Below the pieces are notes generated by a model. The model did no database searches. It was not told the DNA's origin and was given only the letters and a program-made list of their open reading frames with translations. DNA of 64,000 nt from Phoronis australis. Taxonomy: Eukaryota; Animalia; Phoronida. Positions 1-11,000 of this stretch are shown here, one piece after another (within the stretch, counting starts at the first letter, position 1; each line of letters begins with the position of its first letter). Where the stretch lies: the NCBI GenBank assembly GCA_002633005.1, contig NMRA01000089.1, positions 558,001 to 622,000 of the forward strand, read 5' to 3'. Made by a program: the position numbers and the translations under genes.

Positions 1-232
1 CTTAAGGGACCAACTCTATTTTGATTGACCGAATTTATTGCCACTCGGGCATCATATCTTTCCCTCAAATAAATGTTAATAACTCTTAGGAGTTTTATGT
101 ACCTGATTCACAGTATTTGGGTATATGTGAGATAGCTGATAGTCTTAACATTTTCAACTATGTATGTATATTACAATTATTCCTAAATTCATTGTGTTAC
201 AGTAGTAATAGGTACATTCAATTTTCTTTTAG

Positions 233-341
233 CCAAGAGACAGCACAGAAAATTGACAAAGATCTCTTCTCTGAGTATGGTTTCAGCGTAGACCAACTGA
301 TGGAGCTAGCTGGCCTAAGCTGCGCTGTGGCTATTTCAAGG
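233..341 (+). CDS. NAXE: Second copy of the 109-bp NAXE exon (probably allelic duplicate across the N gap at 1290)
   Basis: Same peptide and splice sites (tttag/gtaaga) as 2044-2152. I see one synonymous tgc/tgt difference. Confidence 0.8.
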
Positions 342-567
342 GTAAGAGTAAAACCAGGGGTTAGATTCCATGGACTCGAAACAATAGCTATTTGCACTTG
401 TGGTGACAAATCTTTGCTTATGGAATGGAAACAGTGAATTCTATCAAATACGTTTTATCTCACAAGTTTCATTTTCAAGGGCTTCTAATGACATGAGTGT
501 CACAAATTTTCAAAATGTTATTTGATAGCAGGAGTGGTACTAAACTTTCTAAGTGTCATTTTGTTGT

Positions 568-1303
568 TACCGTAAATGTTCGGGTTAACGCCCATGCTCA
601 GTTAACCTCCCACCCCTACTTTAGGTGGATTTTCGATTTAACCGCCCACTGCTCAGTTAAGCGGCCCCCTGCGATTTTTGAAGATTTCCAGTTAAGCGCC
701 CACCTCTCGGTTAAGCGCCCATCCCCGACTTTTAAAGAATGAAGATTTAGCGCCCAGTGCTAAGGAAACGCGCGATTCCCCGACTTTTAGAAAAAGATCG
801 ATGATCACAATGAGCGCATCGACGCCGGGCCTCCGAGACGGTGGTTTAGCAATGTGAATTACAATTATGCAAGTAACGAGTTATTGTCTTGGGTCATGAA
901 CTCATTTCAAAATATTATACTTGAATGTTTTTGTCACTTTATTTTCTTCCCATGTTTGCAAAGTTTAAGAACGCTGCCGGTGTCAAAACCTCCGCTTTCA
1001 GTGACTTTGTCTGCCGCGCTGAGTTTTCGTCTGCAGTGCACTTGATAAAACATATATTCGAAAAAATCAGGCCAGAGAAATGAGACAATGGAAGTATATA
1101 GTCACACCCGTTTCTGTTACTTAGGACTGTCGCTATTCTCTTTTGATGTGTGACTTGTAGTGGTGCACGCGCGCAAGTTCCCACACTTCGGAGTGCATGT
1201 TACCTTGACACCAACATGTGATTGACAGGTGACTCGCACGTAGGCCCTATGCGCGTGCTGAATCCCGCCGCTATCTTTGGCCATAAAAANGGGATTTACG
1301 GTA
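568..1303. mobile_element. Non-autonomous Tc2/pogo-like DNA transposon (TA-CCGTAAAT termini), interrupted by the N gap
   Basis: taccgtaaat at 568-577 pairs with atttacggta at 1294-1303. About 7 subterminal TTAA(G)CGCCC motifs lie at 585-755. The duplicate copy lacks the insert at the same TA (2376-2377). The two ends may belong to different copies joined at the gap. Confidence 0.7.
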
Positions 1304-2043
1304 TCGTAAATATCAAGTCGAGTTGATGTTTTTTATGTACACAAACTGTGTTAATGACAGTTTTCCATATGCGAGAATCCTGTATACGTTCGTGTAAAAA
1401 ATTATCTTGTTCTTTTTCCGTGCCCAAATGGTTTAAGGTTTTATTGATGTTTTAATGCTCATCATGTCAGCTTTTCTGAACACATCTTGGTTAAGTCTTG
1501 TTATTTTTAGCTGTAACACTATTCTGGACTATTTGCACGGCAGTCTCTCCCAGTATGTTTTGAACTTCAACATTGTCTGTGGAAGGCAAGGTTCTCTAAA
1601 CTGTCAGGATGAGAGGCCAACAAGCTATCTTGACGGAAGAAAATTGTGTTCCTTAGGACTGATGCAATAATCAGTCAACAGATTTCATTGTTGGAAATAC
1701 ACTAGTGGTTGGTTAATGATGATCATAACAGTGTGGTCAAGCCTGCATGGTACTATTGCTAAAATGCACCCTTACAGTCTCTTCCATGTTTTTGAAACCT
1801 GTCAGAATTTCCTAAAGGGACCAACTCTATTTTGATTGACCGAATTTATTGCCACTCGGGCATCATATCTTTCCCTCAAATAAATGTTAATAACGCTTTG
1901 GAGTTTTATGTATCTGATTCAGAGTATTTGGGTATATGTGAGATAGCTAATAGTTTTAACATTTTCAACTATGTATATATATTACAATTATTCCTAAATT
2001 CATTATGTTACAGTAGTAATAGGTACATTCAATTTTCTTTTAG

Positions 2044-5000
2044 CCAAGAGACAGCACAGAAAATTGACAAAGATCTCTTCTCTGAGTATGGTTTCAGCGT
2101 AGACCAACTGATGGAGCTAGCTGGCCTAAGCTGTGCTGTGGCTATTTCAAGGGTAAGAGTAAAACCAGGGGTTAGGTTCCATGGACTCGAAACAATAGCT
2201 ATTTGCACTTGTGACAAATCTTTGCTTATGGAATGGAAACAGTGAATTCTATCACATACGGTTTATCTCACAAGTTTCATTTTCAAGGGCTACTAATGAC
2301 ATGAGTGTCACAAATTTTCAAAATGTTATTTGATAGCAGGAGTGTTACTAAACTTTCAAAGTGTCATTTTGTTGTTACATATCTTTTTTGGGGAAAATTA
2401 GAAGAGAAAAGTTCACTTGCTGTGTTGTGCCTTAAATTAGTCAAAGTTTTATCGTAATTCATGAATTCTATACCATACAATCCAACGTGACCGAACAATC
2501 CATTTAGTGGCAGCCGTTTTGCTAGGGTACGCTTGTAAGATCCTGAACATACTTGTGAAACACTCGCCTTTCACACACCTGATTTTGCATGGTCTTGCAC
2601 GATCTTGCTTTTCTCAAGATTCTTGGGTCTATGGAACACGCCCCAGAGCTTGTGTATACCAGTTAATCCCTGCAGTTACCGAATGTGCTGTATAGTGCGT
2701 TCAGTTATTTGCACAGAGTCTGGCCAGATACTTGGAAGAGTCTTTACAAAAAGCTCATGTTTGGTTTCAACTCAGACGACGACGACAGTTTCCAAATCAA
2801 GACTAATCAGCTATCAATCTAGTCTATTATTAACTATTCCTGCAGTCTTCTGTCCGGTATCACGACCCGCCGGCCACTTACATATACTATGATCAAAAGA
2901 CTGTTACTCGGCTTAAACCAGATGGAACTAACTTGATCAATCGAACCACATTCTTTTTGACTAATTTCTTCTGGCACAAATCACCCTAACGTAACAAGGA
3001 AATTCATTTCAGAAGACAAACTGCAAAAATCACCAGTTTTAGTCCACCATCTGTCAATTTAGTTTGCCAGTATTGCCGTGACACGACAGCGTTTTCCCGT
3101 TCAGTAACTTTACCAGAGATGTAGGGGGTTCTGAGCATGTCGGTGATAACATCTAGCTTCTTTGTTAACTGCCAAGCACACCCTTTTGTCTGTTATCACA
3201 ACAAGCAGGCCAATTATTTTCCGGCTTATAACACACCACATGTGAACACAGTCAAACTCAGAGCGAATTGGTGTATTCGGGACGAATTGATTGTCGTAAT
3301 TTCGGTTGTAGTTGGGCGATTTTGGCTATTCAAAAACTAAACGTGATCACAATTTGACAAAGATTTCAGAAATGCTATCGCTTTATGTTCAAATATGTTA
3401 TAATTTAACGTTTAATTTTAACAGCACAGCCCGCGAAGGGTAGATACGATCTTATTAGAGATTAGAGCAATTATCGAACAAAAGAAAGCTGGCACTCCAA
3501 CCATAAATGCCAGAACGGAGTTAATCAGTGGTGTAAGATATTGGCTACAGGGGTAAACTTTCCAACTTGTTGTTGGGCTATAGAATCGAAAAAGGTGGGA
3601 GCAACGGGAAAACGCTGTAACGAGATTATAATTTAGGAAGTGTCATATATCTTTTGCTTTAGGACAAGCAATCAGCTAAAATGCTTCCGTTCAATTCAGT
3701 TTGGACAGAGGATGTAGAAAATGCATGAGTTGTGTAGTCATTTCGTTAAGAAGGTCTTTTAATGTTGGTATCTTGTCTTTGATTTTAATAAAGGTGATAA
3801 CTGTCAAGTGTGACTGGCTGTCCTTAATTTTGAAGTCACAAAATGCATTCTAGTTTCTAATACTCATCAGCAGTCCAGGGCAATGCGTATCTTTTTCTGC
3901 ATTAATTTCTGTTCCGCTGCATGAAATTGCTATCAAGCTGAGCAAACGTCCGGCCATCTTGGTTCTGCAGTCACGCCCATTCACCAAAAACAAAAGACGA
4001 ACACAGATTGCCTTCAACAGTGAGTTGGACATTGTGTTTGCTCAATGGCAATGTGTGAAGCACCAGTGAAAATGCCAGCCTTTTAGTGAGCCATTTACGT
4101 CACTTTCTAATGTAACGTGGATACCAAATACATGTTACTTTGTGTTTATGATGTAGAAAAAATGTGAAAATAAAATTTCAGTTGTTTGTATTGTTACCTA
4201 AATGAGTGAGATTTTACTATTATGGTCCTTAAAAGTGCTCATGTCCTTGGCAATTTTTTGCCCATCCAAAGAATTTTATGTACATATTCATGTTTGTGCT
4301 GGAATCTCGGTCAAATTATTTCAGGCAAGTTTTACTCCTGTCACCTTTAAGCCTAGAGGTATCTGCTTATCATACACGGGTATCCATTGAGTTAATCGGG
4401 CATAACAAACCTGGTTGTAATCAGTATTTCCACTCCTTAAACTGCATAGTTCACATGCAATTATTTCCATTAAATAAGTATTTGCAGCACAAACGATATG
4501 GTAATCAGTCTGTCTGGATGTACCAGTGAATGATGGGTAAGCTGTCAATGCAGCATTCTATCATGTTTCAGGCCCCCATTAAGCACAAGCTGTTGGAACC
4601 CTCTAACAAACAGTGCATGTAGTTAAATTCACTCTTTTTATTATTTCATTTGTATTGTGGCTGAGATTGCATCGTCGTGGTCACCATGCACAGCCAAGCA
4701 CACACTCTCTTGATTTTGTGAGATCTCTGAGTTTAATGTAACATAGTGTAATCAGGTAATATAATGTTATAAGTTGGTATTAAAGCATGCAACTAATTGT
4801 TTTACAAGCATTCCCAATGATCGCCTATGGGGCCTTTAATACATGCATGAGAATGTGGTCCGATACAATTAAGTGATGAAATATTGTACTGCAGGGGTAT
4901 ACTTAGCTACTCGCCCAGTCGCCAATGAGAGTAAAAATGGTGCCGGGCGAGTAGAAGTTGACTTGCCAGTCGCCCAGGTGGCGAGCGAATTTTCAGAGCG

Positions 5001-8000
5001 CAAAAACACTGTATATCATTTCCCAGATGAACATGAATAAATTTTCTCCTCCTTGTGCTGTTTTTATCATGAATTTAAGGATCAGTTAAGTCAGCATGTT
5101 GATGCTTCGGCAGTAAAAAACATTGGTGCAGTGCGTTCCTACTGATTCAATAGATGTCACCCGTTACGTGATTCATCTAGACAAAAGAACACAGTGTGTG
5201 GTCGTGCACAAAGGAATTTGTGGACTGGTCCGAAACAAAGAAAAGGGGTGAAAGGCTGAAGACCGGTCCATGAGCTCGCAGCAAGTGAAATGCCATTATT
5301 CTTGGAACTGATTTTTTATTGTTATGTACAATACAATGTCATTTTAGCCAAAATTATTTTATAAATAATAACATTCGTCCTAATAAGCGCCCATGCCCCT
5401 ATAAGCGACCCCCCACACTCGTTTTCAGACTTACCTACAGTTCTAAAATTCTACAGTAATGTCTTCAATTTATCAATAATATCCGACAGTCCTGAAAAAT
5501 CATTGTGCGCGGAATTTCTAGACCATGAGCCTCGCCGCTCTTTCTGTATTTAGACGTGGCTGTATACTTCAAAAAGAAGTTAACACAAAAGTTCTGCTGA
5601 TCTTGTGAGGAACGTGTCCCTCTATGGCCAGGTCTTTCAGAACGGACGCAGCGTACTTGTCAACGGGTATTGTATCTTTCCTGTACAGCTGCGAATCGAA
5701 AATTGACCAGTGTTAATGAGCACGTGGCCAAAAAGTGTGTGCTTAAGGGCCCACATATATGTTAGTATGTGGGCCTGCTACCGACTCTGGCAAATGAACT
5801 CTGATGACACGCACGTGCTTGCTCACTCGACGCACACCTGCAGACTGACTTCAAAACAAACGTCACGTAACAACAACATGCGTGTTTGCCCAGATTTTTC
5901 TGTTGTTGTTGGCTGCGATCTAGCCCAGATTTGGACTGCTGTTAATCCCGACTCCACAGGAACTTAAAAAGCTTAAGTATGCTATTTGGAAAACTTAAAG
6001 GAGAATGCCACTCGATTTAATTAGTCTTTTTATCTGTCTTAATTGGTCTATATCCACATCATCTCGTATACGGTCGATCTTACCTCGCCGAGAGGTGACG
6101 CGTTAACCTGTGAGGAAGGTTAGAGACGACTCAGCGACGTCAGTGGTACTTCTGCAGAGTGAGTGCCGCTATTGAGTGGTGTATCGTTCCCGCTTATGCA
6201 GACTATGAAGTTACCGTACAAGGAAAGCAGGTATATCGTTTTTTCGATTTCCTCGAGAGCACACAATGCTTCAGAAGTGGTTCGCGTTAGTGAAGAATGA
6301 AAAATGCGTCGTAATACCAATTAAGTATGAGGCCGTGAAACTTCTCCGTGTCTGTGGCCGGCATTTAGTCTACAGTGATTTCACTGATGATCGAATGCCG
6401 GCTTACCAAACAGCTCATGCCAGGGCAGAAAAAGAGACTGAGAATGAAGTCAGATGTTGTGCCTAGTATGTTTAGTTCAGTAGGCAGGAGACAAAACAAC
6501 GCGGATCGGTTGTTGCTTAGTTTTTGATTATGGAGAATTGTAGCTGGCCATGGAAACATAAACGAGAGCGCTCGGAGGAGCGACACTTGGCGAAATTACA
6601 CGAAAACAGGACGATGGGGAGGACGACGACGACGATCATGACGACTAGCGAGAAATGAAAAATATATCTTATGAAAGCCCGTTTAAAACTATCGAACTGT
6701 ACAGACGATCATGAGGCAGCGACACATCAGTCGGCAGGTTTTGCCATGGTATTTCAGCACATTTTTTTAAAAAAAGATCAATTTAACAACAAAGTTTGAT
6801 ACCAATGCACCACAGTTTTGTAGAAAGTCTGTTATAGGTTACAGATGCGTCAGCTCGGAAATTTGATTTCACCCGTTGTCGGAGACTAGGTTTCAATCGT
6901 CTTAGACTACAACAAGCGCCCCCCTTCCGAAATGAATTTTTCTAAGCACCCTGGGCGAATATGGTAGCCCTAATAGATGGTGACATCAGCGCACGAAACG
7001 ATGATTTTTATCGACCCTGGCAGCAAGTTTGTAGTGACAGACGCAAACGGCCGGGCGACTGAATTTGGGACTGGGCGAGTAGATTTTCTGGCTCACTCGC
7101 CCAGCTCAAGCGAGCATGGTTTTGAATCCTGGGTATATCCCTGTACAGCGATGTGAAAGCAGTTCTCACAACACTACTCTTGGTTAGATAATAGATACTA
7201 ACTTGTTTTTTAGACAAAAAGGTAGAAAACACAATTTAAAAAGCTGTGTTTAAGAGCAATTTCCAGTTTGAATGTGAACAATTAACCTCTAGTCAGGGGT
7301 ATGTCATTACTGGTAATTTGTTATCTTGCCTTAACTATTAGGCAACTGCAATGGGCAACTAAAAGTTCATCAGGTGTCACTAGTGCATCGTGAGGTTCTA
7401 ACCTGCATAGATGGATGTATTTGGGGTAGTCGTGTGGGAAACAAAGCCTACAAAATGCTCCCTCATTGATTGTTTTCAGCTATTGGTCTATTCTGAATTG
7501 TTAAAGAGGGTCTTCTTTTCATATGCGCCACCTATAATGAATATCAAGTAAACCATTACCACATATTATTATACAGATTACTGAAGTTAATATTATGGTA
7601 CCAACACATCACCAAATACATTGTTACTGTTCATTTCATATCCTGGTAGATACCGGTATGTCGAAAGCATTGGTGTTGATACAGCTATGACAGTGCAGGA
7701 CACCATGTGGTTCCACATTCTGGGGAGTGCTGTTTTCATTATTGTGAAATATGTGTAACTGCAGCGTCCAAATCATAGTCAGACAGGTTCACATACGTAT
7801 CACGTATCACGTGATACGTATGTGTAACTGCGACTAACACTTTTGCATCATGGTACAGTGCTAGATGAAGTCTTGTTAATACCATTTAGTATGATGGTTC
7901 TACACAGTGTCAATTACAAACTTACCCTATTGCAGGCCTACCCATTAGATTGTCTTCCAGAGAAGAATCGAGGTAGCATGCTGATCTGCTGTGGGCCCGG

Positions 8001-11000
8001 TAACAATGGTGGAGATGGGTTAGTGTGTGCACGCCATCTCAAGCTTTTTGTAAGTGTGTTTCATGAACAGAATTCTAAGTTGGAACCCTACCTGGTCAAG
8101 ATTGGGCAGCTTGACTGGTTTGCGCTCCACAGAATCTGTCAGTTCAGATCAAAGACACCATGCTGGTTAATTAAATTGCCCCAGGTTGTTGATGTTATCA
8201 TTCTCTAGATAATGAGACCCATCATAAACACATCGGGGGGTGATAGTAGTATTTTTAAATTTCCATTTTTAAAGTTTGTAAATAACATATTTGAATAGTT
8301 TGTGAAAAGCACTAGGTTTTTGAATTTTGAAAATTGGACTTCTATGTGAGAAATATGACTTCTACAACCTGAAATGTTTGTTTAATGTTGCAATTATACA
8401 TTCCTCATTAATTTTGCTGGATGTGCAACATAATTGGGTCATTTACCAAACTACCAGTCATCAGTTGGATTTTGAGGTAAGCCAAGTGTCAGATTGTACA
8501 ATTCTTCGCATGATGCGGTTGATAAGGAAAATTTCAAAGACAAAGAATGGTTTGAAAATTGTTCTAAAAAAGCTCACTTGCCAAATGGCAGGTGCCGCTC
8601 TGTAAACATGCTCATTTTGTACGTTCAAGAATTGCTCGAACTCAAGTTGCAAATGAAGAGACAATACATGTGTCAAAAAATGACCTGGTCATAACGTAGA
8701 AAAATGGGTACAGCGGATACTGGTAACTACACTTTTGGTATCCTTGCCTGTTCTCAAAATGCACACAGTGGCAGCCGCTTAATTGCAACCGCACGGTGAT
8801 GATTTGAATGTTAAACGTGAGAATCTTTAGTTGCGCCTGGGATATCGATGGAAGTTCTCATGTGTCATAGTTGTGCTCTAAATATTGTTCACGTTTTTTT
8901 AATTCAGAATTTGTTAAATGCATGACACTTTCATTGTTCACAGTCTTTATTCCGTTACGTTCGTACTTTCGGAACAAAACTCTACTCTCAACTGAACATA
9001 GATACTGCAGCAAACAGGGTCACACCGCACGTTACACTTGTTTACATGACTTTCCTGTTACCCCCCTTCATTAGTCATTCTTTGCAGTATTCCACACCCG
9101 CCGTGTCTCACTGTGTGTCATCAGCTTACACTCTGTGGTGGGATTACTGCGTCATTTTATCTTCACTTGAGAATGAAACGAGTATGTTTTACAATATCGT
9201 GTGTCTTGACTTTCCTGTTAACCCCCTTCATTAGTCATTCTTTGCAGTATTTAACACCCGCCGTGTCTCACTGTGTGTGTCACTATTTGATTTTACTTTA
9301 TTTCTGTTTCTGTTGACAAAGGACGTTATTACATGCGAAAATTTCAGTTGATCCATTCTTGTTGTTTTATTTACCTATTTATATTCTACATTTCGTGAAA
9401 CAATAGTATCCTTGGGAGGATCTGGATCACCTTATTTAGTTTCAGATTTATTTTCTACGTCGTGGAATCGAAATGAGTATGCCTATCGCACACCTTAGGG
9501 TTGTTGCACATCCTGTGAAACCAGCCATGAAAGTTTCACTCATTAGAAGCAGCAGTTCAGTAAAGACACTTCCAAAGAACACATGACAACAGGATGTTTT
9601 GGACGTTTAAAGGGGAAGTGATGCTGCATAAGGAGAGAAGATTATAGAAAAATAAAATGTACACCATTATGGCCCTTTCTGCCTAGTGCGTAAATTTAAA
9701 ATCTCGTGCCACGCATATATCTGCACATAACATTTATATCACCTCAGAAAGTGATGTAAATATACATGCGGGCGTATCTTTACTCCAGAGTGTTTTTACA
9801 TTTACGTGAAAAAATAACTGTACATAAATGTACTGTTGAGTGTAAATGTACCCTTGGGGTGTATCAACAGCATCCTATAACTGGGGCTTATTGGGGCTTA
9901 TTTGACCCCAAACTGACCAGTTTTTGATGGTCATTTAATGCTGATTAATTGATTGCCATCTCTTTGATTCCAGGGTTACAAACCAACTATATTCTACAAG
10001 CGCTCTGACAAACCTGACCTTCCAACCCTTTACAAGAACCTGATCAACCAATGTGAGAAGTTTGAGATCCCGTTCTTGTCCTACCTTCCTCATGATGTCT
10101 CCTTAATAAACAACTCGTATCAAGTCGTCGTTGACGCCTTGTTTGGGTTCAGTTTCAAGCCACCGGCCAGGCCTCAGTTTCAGGAGGTATTCGACACTCT
10201 GGTTCAAGTGGACATACCCATCGCCAGTATCGATGTGCCCTCTGGTGGGTGAATTAGAACTTACAATACCTTTGAAAGTATAAAATTGGACAAGCTGTTG
10301 GAACTTCACTGGTTGTTTTTTCAGTAAAGAAAAATTTTTTTTTGATTTTCCGTATCTTTTGAAAGCAAGGAATAATTATATAGCATTGGTCTATTTACGT
10401 ACAATAGAAATCCCTTCTAAAATATAAATTAGGGACATAGTGGTGTTTCCCTGTGGCTACTCAAATGCTTCTAAATGATTTGTTGGATTGAGCAGGCTGT
10501 TTTGGTGCTTATTGTTATGCACATGTAACATGAAACACACCCAAAACTGTCTAACTGCAGAGCATCATCCTAGAAATGACTGATCATATTCAAATGAGAG
10601 TTTCAGATAGTTTTTAAAGTGTTCCACATTGGCACGATGGTCTGTAAATTTGGAATGTTTAATGGATTTTTATATGAAAACAAAATCAAATTTGCTTAAA
10701 AAACTGAAGGATAATTTAGAACACAGTAACAGCGTTTTGAGTTTTCATCTTGAACATGTACAGGACACGTTCAACCTTTAAGGAGGGTTTTTGAGAAAAG
10801 TTGCAAGAGTTGGTGGAACCATATCAAAGCCATATAGTTTTGAACATGCAGTTGTGATGGGGTTATCACTTTATTAAGAAAAATTACATAATGGAATTTT
10901 TACAAAATATCTACAGGATTCCTGGACCACCCTCGAAACTGTGTGTATTTGGATAGGCAAATAAAGTTATTTTTTGGAAAAGAGAGTCACTTTAAACAAC

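Larger units (their letters stand above)
4892..7143. mobile_element. hAT-like non-autonomous element (CAGGG termini) containing nested insertions
   Basis: caggggtatac (4892) vs gtatatccctg (7133-7143) match at 10/11 as inverted repeats. Multiple (C)TCGCCC/GGCGAG subterminal motifs occur at both ends. No clean 8-bp TSD. Confidence 0.6.

Noticed and set aside
117-2245. ORFs 117-437 and 1832-2245 as two complete small genes, or as mutually exclusive exons
   Set aside because: Only the central 109 bp is exon and the rest is intron read-through. The copies encode identical peptides and flank an N gap.
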